Assembly (NCBI GenBank): GCA_002269645.1
Contig: NIVC01002668.1
Location: forward strand, 1-64,000
From: Macrostomum lignano
Lineage: Eukaryota
Direction of reading: 5' to 3'
Length of the DNA: 64,000 nucleotides
Under the pieces are notes generated by a model. It was not told where the DNA came from, made no database searches, and saw nothing but the letters and a program-made list of their open reading frames with translations. This document shows positions 1 through 9,500 of this stretch, in pieces. A program made the position numbers and the translations under genes. The number at the start of each line of letters is the position of its first letter. Position 1 is the stretch's first letter.

Positions 1-2
1 CT

Positions 3-810
3 ATGAGAAGCATCATCATTTGTAGCGAAAATGCTGAAGGTACTCCTAGTGACTTTCATTTTCACCTGCCTTCATCTATTTACTTGGATCGAAATGTGGA
101 CTATGAGGCAGGTCTGGCTGAAATCCATCTGCCTGCTGCATGGTTCAATGTTGACGAGCCTTACTGCTTCACTGTCTCAGATGGAAGAGAGCATGAGGCC
201 CTGGTTCTTCAACCCGGACGCTTTGCTAGAGTGGAGGAACTGGTGGAACGCCTGAATGAGCTGCTGGCCAACTCTGAGTCACTGTTCTTCGATGCAATGA
301 GCGAAAGGGAGTCTGAAATGGAAGCTGATGAGTCCGGTTTAATGGGGCGAGCAGCGCTAGAGATATTGGCATAAAGTTTGAAATCCAAGAGTTGAGAACA
401 GTAGTGCTCAACAACACGGCTCGAGCAGAATTGTTCCTTCCATCAAGTAAAATTCTGCAGTGGCTGGGATTCGGAAACCAGCCTGTGAAGATCCCACCCG
501 GACGGCAAGTGTCACTCTGCTGCATCGGTTGTCCGCCCACCAACCTGATCAACTTGCACTGCAGCATTGTGGAGCGAACAAACTGTAACTGGAACTCCGT
601 GCTGCGAACTGTGAGCATGTCATCCGATGTCGAATGGGCAGCTACATGAGCAAAGTGTTTAAGAAAGCAATTTTCTTCCCGATTCAGAAAGCTAATTTTC
701 TATATGGCATTAGATTTCAACTGCGTGACATCTTTGGCTACTCACTGACTGCTCGGAGCAGCAGCCCTGTTCTGCTCACAGTTCATATTCGGGAAAGGCT
801 AATACAATGA
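3..810 (+). pseudogene. Polinton minor capsid (penton) protein, split by two frameshifts (about 370 and about 640)
   Basis: N-terminus SDFHFHLPSSIYLDRNVDYEAGLAEIHLPAAWFNV fits the F..LP..i.L...weVgL.Ei..P..w.Nv penton motif. The C-terminal piece in frame 646-810 reads VFKKAIFFPIQK...IRFQLRDIFG...VLLTVHIRE. Confidence 0.7.
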
Positions 811-1215
811 ACTACCAACAGCTGATTCGTCAGTATTCAGGGACTCTGGCAGGAAGCCAAAAGCCGGCGCTCTATGGCTGTGGGAGTTTTCCAGGAATCA
901 TGACTTACCAGCCTCCTCCAGAAGCTTCCACAAAGTCAATATCGCTATCAAAGCCAGCCATACCACCGCCAGCGGTAGCAGCAGCAACAGCAGAAGCAAT
1001 AGAAACAGACCAAAGCAGCGACTAGTCAAACAGGGCAGTAAGAAGCAGACAAAAAGAAGAAAAAGAGTAAGACGGAGAAATCACCGAAAAGAAGCCAGTC
1101 AGGGCGAAATAAACCTAAGAAAGGGAGGTCTAAAACTCAAAGCAAGAAAACAGGCAAAGGAAAGCAAAAAGTGAGCAAAAAGACTGTGAAACGTGTTCTG
1201 GACTCGCTCTCATAG
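807..1215 (+). pseudogene. Basic (protamine/pVII-like) virion core protein, frameshifted
   Basis: Lies between penton and major capsid. N-terminal LYGCG fits the adenain consensus (M/I/L)xGx-G. K/R-rich segments (KRRKRVRRRNHRK; KKGRSKTQSKKTGKGKQK) continue in shifted frames to TAG at 1213-1215. Confidence 0.5.
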
Positions 1216-1217
1216 CA

Positions 1218-2495
1218 ATGGCTTACGGATTCAACCCGAGACTCGATTTGTTCAAGTCCCCCATGCTGCAGACTGCCATTGAAAAATCCACATATGTTGA
1301 TATTCACCCCGTGAACTCTATTGTTACTAACTCACCTATTGAATTCGACTGTCATCCATCGGCTGATGAGTACACTGATCTGCTGAGCTCATTCCTGTAT
1401 ATTCGCTGTCGCCTAGTCCGGCTTGGCGGGGCTTTGATGAGGGAGGAGGTTCGAAATGCCGATGGAGTTGTCACTGAGCGCAGAGACAGTGGGGTGCACC
1501 CAGAAAACTTTGTCCTGTCTACGGCATTCTCAGATGTAATCGTGAGCATCAACCAGCGCATTGTATCAGGTGGAGACCAGCTCTACCCCTACCATGCCTA
1601 CCTAAAAGCTCTCATGGCTCATCCGATGCTCAGCAGTTAAAGTTCTACCCCGCCGGATTCCTGGAACCGAAACTGCTGCTGAGGGCATGCCGAGAGACAC
1701 AGGGAGTCCCGCTGGGTGGAGTATGCGGGACCGCTGCTCAGCGACATCTTCCAGTGTCCTGTTCTGCTGCTGAACAATTTACACCTGCACATCAAGCTGA
1801 TGCCCAGCGATACTGCATTCGCCATCGAACCCCAGATGAGAACAACACAGCCTACCGAATGGAAATCTCCCACTGCATTCTGAACCTGCGCCGAGTCAAA
1901 GTGGCGCCTCACATCAGCCTGGCGCATGAGCAGGGACTACCAATCAGAACGCACTTTACCCCATCGAGCGAACCGAAATGCAAAACTTTATTCTACCCAG
2001 GGAATTCAGTCAAAAAACATTGAAGGATTCACCCATGGCAAACTGCCGAAGTTCGTTATGCTGGTCTTCGTGAACCACCGAGCCTTCAATGGCCATCACC
2101 ATTCCAGCCCCTTCGAGTTCCAGAGCTTCAACCTCAGCCAGCTAGCACTAAAGAAAGGTGGTGAAGCCATGTGCCACGCTGCATTTGCACCTGAGAATAA
2201 TTCATTCGTGAGAGAGTACTTGCACTACCTGAAAAGCTGTCAGTCAGCCAGCCCTACCAACTCGGTTCCGTGGGTCCCCTACCAGTTGTTCTCCAACGGC
2301 AACACAGCTTTCGCATTCGATCTCACGCCTGAGGGAGCGGCCCTGTGGTACGGACAGAAGGAGGGCAATTTGCGGCTGGAGATTCGCTTCCGACAGGCCC
2401 TGGAGGAGCCTGTATCTCTGATTGTTATGTGCCTGTATGACTCACTGATTGAGGTCACCAAGCACAGGGAGATTCTGCTAGATTTTCCATCCTAG
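1218..2495 (+). pseudogene. Polinton double-jelly-roll major capsid protein, interrupted by at least 2-3 frameshifts or stops (about 1640-1980)
   Basis: LDLFKSPMLQTAI...PIEFDC...YTDL at the N-terminus. GPLLSDIFQ..LLLNN, ILNLRRVKVAPHISLAHEQGL, GKLPKFVMLVFV..AFNG....PFEF and GNLRLEIRF....LIVMCLYDSLIEV..HREI follow in successive frames. Confidence 0.9.
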
Positions 2496-2518
2496 GAGTA
2501 CGCTGGCGCAACGCTAAT

Positions 2519-3002
2519 ATGGATGCTTTTCAACTGCTTAAACTGGCTAAAAGCTTTTTGCCACAAAATAACTGTTTAATTATTGTCTTGAATTCAATAA
2601 ATAAAACATCTTATGCTTTAAACTTTATTCAGCGAGCAACTCTCAAAAGAAATTTATCTCGATGTAAGTTTATTTTCTTTCTGCTTCAGTACAGCTCATC
2701 CTTCGGTCACTGGGTGGTTTGTTATGCTGATAAGGAGAATTCCATAGAACTCTTTAACTCTCTGGGCTGGGACTCCAGCACTTTAGAGATCATTCACAGA
2801 GCACTGAAATCCTTTTGGTATTCTCCATTCTACTTACGTAGCAATGTGAATCGAATTCAGAGCTGACTCTGCTAAATGCGGTTTGTTCTGTCTCTTGTTT
2901 GCCTATCAAAAGTTTCGTTTCAAGCGCTCGTTTGAGTGGGTTCTGCGGCACCTCCATGCAAATCAGCAGAGCCACTTGAATGAAGAATCTGCAAAGGTTT
3001 GA
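2519..3002 (+). pseudogene. Adenain-like cysteine maturation protease, with a 1-nt frameshift just before the catalytic Cys
   Basis: GHWVVCY...IELFNSLG...NRIQS, then DSAKCGLFCLLF in the next frame (about 2862-3002). Confidence 0.8.
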
Positions 3003-3063
3003 GAGTTGCTTAAGAAAAAGAAATTTAATTAGATTTTAAAAATCAAGAATTTAGCTCAACAGG

Positions 3064-3717
3064 ATGGAAACACGTGAGCGGATAAACTGTTATGATGTGC
3101 GCCTGCGACAGGGAAGCTGCATGATTGTCAGCGGGCCTACAAATGCAGGAAAGACAACCTTCGTGAAACATCTGATACAATACAAGGATGTCATGTTTGA
3201 TGTGAAGCCTGGGAGAGTTCTGTGGTACTACGGGATTTCACAAGCAGCACACTCTGAGCTCAGCAGTCTCGGCGTGCACCTGCAGCAGGGATTTCCCAGC
3301 AGTATCGAGACCGCACTGAGACCCAATGACCTGGTTGTATTTGATGACCTGATTGAAGAAACTTCCAATTCTGCTGCAATGCGAAATGTTTTCACTGGAA
3401 TTGCCCATCATTTGCCCTGCTTTCTGGTTATGCTCACCCAAAATGTATTTTTTAAAGGGAAGGAGTTGCGAACAATGAGTCTGAATGCGATGTACTTTGT
3501 GATCATGAAGAACCCCAGAGACCAGCTGCAGATTGCAGCGCTGGGCAGGCAGTGCTTTGCTGAGAAGCCCGGATTTCTGCTGTCAGTGTTCAAGCACGTG
3601 ACATCGCACGGCAGGGGAGCCTACCTGCTCCTGGATTTTCACCCTTCCACCCCTGATGAGCTGCGGGTCCGGGCTCGAATCCTGCCCAATCAGCGACCCC
3701 ACCTGGTTTACACTTAA
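3064..3717 (+). CDS. FtsK/A32-like genome-packaging ATPase
   Basis: Intact 217-aa ORF with Walker A GPTNAGKT, Walker B LVVFDD, and the HH...LTQN and ISLNA-like (MSLNAMYFV..KNPRD) motifs of Polinton ATPases. Confidence 0.93.
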   Translation: METRERINCYDVRLRQGSCMIVSGPTNAGKTTFVKHLIQYKDVMFDVKPGRVLWYYGISQAAHSELSSLGVHLQQGFPSSIETALRPNDLVVFDDLIEETSNSAAMRNVFTGIAHHLPCFLVMLTQNVFFKGKELRTMSLNAMYFVIMKNPRDQLQIAALGRQCFAEKPGFLLSVFKHVTSHGRGAYLLLDFHPSTPDELRVRARILPNQRPHLVYT

Positions 3718-3795
3718 GAATAACAGCCGAGATTTGCCATTTGTTCTATATTCTGCAACACTAATGATAATGGAAACTTTGACTCACATGAAAGT

Positions 3796-4080
3796 TTGTT
3801 TGATGTTCTCGCGTCACCGAAATATTCCATCAGCTTTAAACGTCTGTTGATCAGAGCGGGTCCAAAAGCCGTACGTGAATTTCTCATTGAGGCCTGCTAC
3901 AACCTATTGCAAAACACTCTGTCGTTCTCACTCACTCAAAAGGCAGCGCTGGTGAAGCAAAAGCAAATAATCCGCAAAATTTCTACACATAGAAGAGCTG
4001 CGGATCTGCTAAATACGGGTTTTATCAAAATTCTCTACATTCTAATAAAGCTAGTGAAGAAAAAGAAGCAAAATGAATAA
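3796..4080 (+). CDS. Small basic conserved Polinton protein of unknown function
   Basis: LIEACYNLLQNTLSFSLTQKAALVKQKQIIRKI resembles the E...N.L.G...l...qk..L.k.k..lR motif common in Polinton ORFs. The true start may be slightly upstream. Confidence 0.55.
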   Translation: MFDVLASPKYSISFKRLLIRAGPKAVREFLIEACYNLLQNTLSFSLTQKAALVKQKQIIRKISTHRRAADLLNTGFIKILYILIKLVKKKKQNE

Positions 4081-4752
4081 GTTCTCAGAAATGGTTCTGA
4101 TCCCCAAGTCAGAGTACGACATGCTCACACAGAATTTGAAGCCAGTCGAGTCTGAAATGGACACTGCTGTGAGATATGCGCAGAGGAAATGCAATGATAT
4201 TTTGCTTGCCGAGGATTGCCCAGACGATGTGAAAGCTGCCATGTACCATGATGCGATGAAGAGTTTGCTGGCCAAGCGCAAGCGGACTGGAAAGGATGGT
4301 GCGGTACCTGCGAGTGATGCAAAGATGCTGAAAACAGATATTGCACCAAGCAGCTGGGGGGAAAAGATCACCCAATCCGTGCCGCAGAAGTTTAAAGCGA
4401 GAGCCCGCAGTCTATGGGCCATCCTATCTGGCAATCCTTCTCTGATTCGGTGTCCGAAAATGGCGAGGCGCAAATTTCTGGGAAGACAATACCCTCCTCA
4501 AACATCCTGGATTTGTTTCACAGTGCGGTGAGGGATTCGAAATGTGCCAGCGAGCCGGTAGGCTGGAGTGAGTTTGTCTCATTGCTTCAAGACAAAAAGC
4601 TTAACATCCCAGCTTCGGCTATAGGAAAGTCAGTAAGGCAGCTAATTTCTAAACCGGCTGTTTCTCCAGAGGCCACCCCTGCACATCATACAGTTAAGGG
4701 ATTCGGGAGTGGGAGAGCCTGGCTACACCTGAGCAGGAAAAAAACTATTTAA
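4073..4752 (+). pseudogene. Conserved Polinton hypothetical protein, one frameshift (about 4420-4530)
   Basis: MVLIPKSEY N-terminus, and SSNILDLF...EPVGWSEFVSLL....IPASAIG in the second frame. Confidence 0.55.
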
Positions 4753-4805
4753 GAAGGGGAACTGAGTCGGCTTCCCGACATCATGCGTCTTGAAACCATC
4801 CGATC

Positions 4806-5651
4806 ATGAACTATATTGACTTCCAAGGCTTCCCACGCGAGAGATCGAGCAGAGATTTCGTTGTGAAGGAGCTGGCCATTGCCCAAGTCCGGGCTGGCAG
4901 TTACCATATCACTCATCACGTGTACGCCTCTCCGTTCTCATGGGACAGAATCTCACCTGAGATGCAAGTACATTACAGAAAGCTCTCAAAGAATTTGCAT
5001 CATTTCAAGTGGACAGATGGATCCCGACCGTACATGCATTTGGCTAATGACATTCTAAACATTGCTTACGGTCCCACCTGGACAAGCGGGGTGAAAAAGT
5101 CCATCTTTCTGACTGAGCTGCTTGGCAGACAGGTGTACAACCTAGAGGATCTGGGATCACCTTTGATTCAAGCATCTGATACTGGTTGTGCAGTGAAAAA
5201 TGTATTACTGTACTACAACTGGCTGAAACCGAAGTTCTGTATCAACTTAAGAAGCGAGGTGTGCCCGCACCACTCAAAAGCTCGCAAAGACAGCACCACT
5301 GACAGAAAGGACTCTCTAAATGAGTACACCTGCGACAGCCCTGCGAGTGACCAATCTGGTCGGCGGCGTGGATCTGAGACTTGCTGGAGACAGGGGTGCC
5401 CAGTTGCCTCTGCGGGAACTGGCTCTCAGCATGGCTCATGTCATCTATCGCCCCGTCTGGCCCCGAGTGCTTATCAAGAGGATGCGGAGTCCCAGAGTGA
5501 CTCTATTGCTCTATCCGACTGGACAACTGAGTATCTGTGGCGCCCGGAGCTACTCGGCCTCAGTCAGGGCCGCTCGTCGCTTCGTGGCTATGCTGCATCG
5601 CAGAGTGCCTGCTCAACTGCTGCCTCATCAAACTGTGCATGTGCGGATTAA
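4806..5651 (+). CDS. Polinton accessory protein, possible DEDD/RNase H-like exonuclease fold in the first ~145 aa
   Basis: N-terminal YIDFQGF...FVVKELAI motif and HHFKWTDG...KG-like segments. The C-terminal half is low complexity and overlaps the TBP ORF out of frame. Confidence 0.5.
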   Translation: MNYIDFQGFPRERSSRDFVVKELAIAQVRAGSYHITHHVYASPFSWDRISPEMQVHYRKLSKNLHHFKWTDGSRPYMHLANDILNIAYGPTWTSGVKKSIFLTELLGRQVYNLEDLGSPLIQASDTGCAVKNVLLYYNWLKPKFCINLRSEVCPHHSKARKDSTTDRKDSLNEYTCDSPASDQSGRRRGSETCWRQGCPVASAGTGSQHGSCHLSPRLAPSAYQEDAESQSDSIALSDWTTEYLWRPELLGLSQGRSSLRGYAASQSACSTAASSNCACAD

Positions 5652-5883
5652 AACTATTACTGCGCATGGGAAAATTGACTTGTGCAGAGCACTTCCCCTC
5701 GCTAATCTTGTGAACACTTTACCAAATGCTCAATATGAGCCAGAATCATTTTCTGCTTTAATCTGCAAACTAAGCTTCTGCAAATGCCTGCTTTTTCACA
5801 ATGGCTCATTTGTTCTCAGTGGTGCAAAAACAATGAGCATGCTAATTTCCGACTTTTCCTTGCTTGTCCGTTTTCTGTGCTAA
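5320..5883 (+). CDS. TATA-box-binding protein (TBP) homolog encoded by the Polinton
   Basis: 187-aa intronless ORF with two TBP repeats: VTNLVGGVDL...LPLRELALSMAHVIYRP...MRSPRVTLLLYPTGQLSICGARS...AARRF and IKTITA...LPLANL...NAQYEPESFSALICKL...CLLFHNGSFVLSGAKT. The ATG directly follows an in-frame TAA. Confidence 0.88.
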   Translation: MSTPATALRVTNLVGGVDLRLAGDRGAQLPLRELALSMAHVIYRPVWPRVLIKRMRSPRVTLLLYPTGQLSICGARSYSASVRAARRFVAMLHRRVPAQLLPHQTVHVRIKTITAHGKIDLCRALPLANLVNTLPNAQYEPESFSALICKLSFCKCLLFHNGSFVLSGAKTMSMLISDFSLLVRFLC

Positions 5884-6599
5884 TAATAACCATATGTTTC
5901 AACAATTAAATAAAAAGACGACAGCTGAACAAAAATATAATAATCTTGCATGCATATACCACGTATTAAGATGCGTGCATTTTAATCAATATACCTGAAA
6001 ATCAGACTTCGATCGACTTTTTCTTTATTTTCATAACTGAAATCGCAATATTAGTTTGAGTATAGAAAATTTAATCAGACCACAACCAACTCAAGAAAAA
6101 AAGCACACCCATCACTCAGATTATGCACTGCTAAGACAAATAAAAACGAACAAGAACTAGCAGAAATGAAAAAGGAAGCCAATATTTTTCAGATAATCAT
6201 TGGATAATGGTTACAAAAAATATGAGTAGCAAAGCTAGCAAAGATAAAAAGGACAGTAACTCAGTTCATTCAATTGTGCAAAAATTCAAGGATAGTAAAA
6301 AAGAGGAAAGCCAGACCAATATGACGCAAATTATTCCAACATGGCTTTCACAAGTTCGCATTGAAATAAATCTGGAACAACTCAACCCGAAAATGTTACG
6401 TTCAGTTAGTTGCTTAGAGACTACAAATATGTAACTAACTGAATTGGCTCTATTCGTTCCAGCATTGTCATTATCATCATCATCCATCATTATCACCATC
6501 ATCATCATTCAGATTAATTAAACCACTGAAACAATTCATGGAGTACATAAGTAAAAGTCAATAAATTTCAACGCCAAGGTTACACAGATGTGCAAAGCA

Positions 6600-9500
6600 T
6601 CACTCTAAGCAGTCCGCTGTCCTTTTCGGACTACCCCTGATTAACAGCTGAAAGTGGCCGAACGGAAGACTTGAATTCGAGCCAGTCCACGCTCGCTTGT
6701 CCTCCCAGATACTGAGAGCGAGCTTACGTTGCTCAATGGTGAAAACGCGATGTTTCTCACTTCCAATTCGACGAACAGTGAGCGACAGCTTTGAAGCCCC
6801 CTTGAAAATCTTGACGTAGTCGTCGTGGGAGACTTCATTCTTCATCACGCTTCGTTGGATGCCTTTTGCTTTTGCTTTGCATGCCGCCGAGCTTTCAGCG
6901 AGGAAAGAATAGAGCTTGGGCCTTAGCAGCACCCACTCAATCTGTTGCAGTCCACCAGCTTCATCTTTAATGCAGCCTAGCTTGGCCTTTAGCCGATTCG
7001 AGAAGAGAGGATGATTAGTGAGAAAATTGGAGGTGTCCAAGAGGCCTTCGGCATGCAGGATTGGCAGCACTTCTCTCTGCAAACTAAGGTTCTCTAAGCT
7101 CAAAAACAACGAGTCTGTATCGCCACCGCAAACTCGAACTCTTGCTCCATCACGGAATTCTAGCATGGGTTTTATTTTGTCATAGTAAAGTCGATACATG
7201 ATGATCTTGGAGCGATCTAGAACACACTGCCCCATGAAAATTGGCCGATCAAGAGTTACTTCGCGCTTTTGAAGCTCAAAGATGCTGAGTGACGGCGTAA
7301 TGATTGTGAATGATGCGACATTTGGTTGAGAAGAAACAGTCTTGGCTTTTTTCTTGTCACTGCACACTCTGATGTCCCGCCGCTTGCGCACGTTCTCCAT
7401 TGTTTTGCCAAACAGGGAGTTATTTTTCAGTTTATAGAAATCCTTCTCGAAATCATTTTTCGCCATAGAGCGCTTCTCGCTATTCATCTTAATGTAGTCC
7501 GCGAAGACAGGTTCTTGCCTGAATTCGATCATCCTGTGGAGCCCATGCAACTTCATTCCGTGCGATAGATAGAATCGGAGAGCAGACGAGTGCAGTACAT
7601 AGGAAAACTTGTTGTGGCATGTGAGCATTAATTTTTGTACTCCACGGTAGCGCGCAACGGTAGGATTCTCAGTCGTGTTCGCGTCGGGCTGCTGCTGCTG
7701 ATGATGCTGAGAATGATCATTGTCATGTTGAAGCAGTACCCATAATTCTCGCATGTACTGCGGAAATTCTTCAAAATTCGGACACCTTTTCTCTGGGGCG
7801 AATGGAAGATCCTCCGTTGCCGTGTGGATTTCGGCTGGGTAGAGCAAATCCGCTTCGACAAGGTAGCCGATTGGAGCGTCATCATCCAGGGAAAGAAAGC
7901 GGCACTCGGACCATGAGCAGAGCTCCTCTTGACTGAGCCAGCGAAAGCCACCAACAGGTAGGGGCATTGTGAGCGCATGACCGTAAAGATTATTAGCATC
8001 AACAGCCAGTAAACTCCTACCTGCTGGTTCATTATCATCATCGCTACTTTCGCTCTGGACATGATGTACATTGACAAAAGACATTCCACCCCGAATTCCT
8101 TTTTCAAACATTTTATACATCTCGAGGTCAGTTAGCAGTTCGATCTTGACTTGAGAAGACTTTAGTGCAGAAGCGAATGATAGGCCTGGAGTTGACACAA
8201 AATGCACCGGATCTAGCTTGTCTTCCTGCAAACTCAGCCTTCGAAACCCCTCAAAGATATCTGCTAGTTGCCTGATGTCCAGCTCCAAGTAGCAGAGCAT
8301 GTAATCGCGCAATGTTGTAGATTCGAATTCAGTCCAGGCCTTCTGCGCATGCCGATACTCCGCCTCGGTACAGTGGCCGTTGGTGAGTCGGTTAAAAAAG
8401 CTTTCTACTTTTGGTAGTTGGCGATCATCAAGCACATTCAAATTCGAGAGATAATCATAAGGGAAAACTCCCTTACTAAACAGTACATCGCTTGAAAGAT
8501 TTGGATACTTTGATCGCATCGCATTAGTGATGGGACAGTTGTCCTCCGGCAAGTTCTTAATAAGTTGAGAGAGACTGCTGTGTAGGAATTGCAGTGAGTC
8601 GATGAATTGTAGCGTGAAAAACAGGGGCTTTTTTACGCCATCTTTCTCATACTCATCAATCTGGAACTCGACCCTCATGGAGAGGTACGACTCGGCAGTT
8701 TGGGGGATGACGCTCACCCTCCAACCAGTCATGTCACCCAGCGCAGTTGAGAAAATCAAATGCAGGTCATATCCGCGAAGATTGTGGAAAACTATTGGCA
8801 AAAATCGCCGTTTTAGCCGAGCAAGCTTGTTACACGAAGCGCAGGCAGCACCCTTGTATTCACCGCTGAGGTGGTCGTGATCCCAGTGCTTGTCAGAAGA
8901 TGAAATAAACACTGCATTGCATAAATAGCACTGTGGGGCATCTTGAAAGCTGCGCCTGTTGTCATCTCTGTTTCTGTCAGCAATCTGATGACTAAACTCG
9001 GTATTCCAACCATAAACTTCACGAGCAAGACGTTCGAGTGAGGCCAAAAACTGTTTCACGACAGAATTCGGATTGGGTCCGCTGCAGAGGAAAACATCCT
9101 CACTCGGCCTCAGAATTTTGCTGCTCATACCCTCTCTTGGAATAACAATGTAGCCAGCAGCTACAGGTACATGCTCAGTTAACTTGGTGACAGTAACTTC
9201 TCTTTCAGACTCCACTGGTTCACGTGGGGTGTTCAGAGCTTCAAAATCTGCGTAGACAACAAATGGGGGACTGATTGTCTTTTCCCAAGCCATGAACTGC
9301 ATTGTGTTGCTACTTGCATCAGGCATGCGCTCCATAATGGCTGGTTTCAGTTGAGGATTGCAGCTGTCTCGATGCTGCTCCAACTCTTCCTGGGATCGAA
9401 ACGGAGAAATGCACTTCTCACACCATTTGCGATTCCTCAGACCTTTTTTGCTGTTCAGGAGCCGGTCCAGGTTCGAAACTGCACACCAGTGTCCAGTCCC

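Noticed and set aside
5316-5322. Poxvirus-like late promoter TAAATG at the TBP start
   Set aside because: Not shared by the other element ORFs; explained by a stop codon abutting the ATG.
6131-6508. Minus-strand hydrophobic frame with two in-frame TGA codons, resembling a 3-TM protein with UGA readthrough
   Set aside because: The + strand is A-rich, so the T-rich antisense frame looks hydrophobic by composition alone. There is no motif support for either strand.
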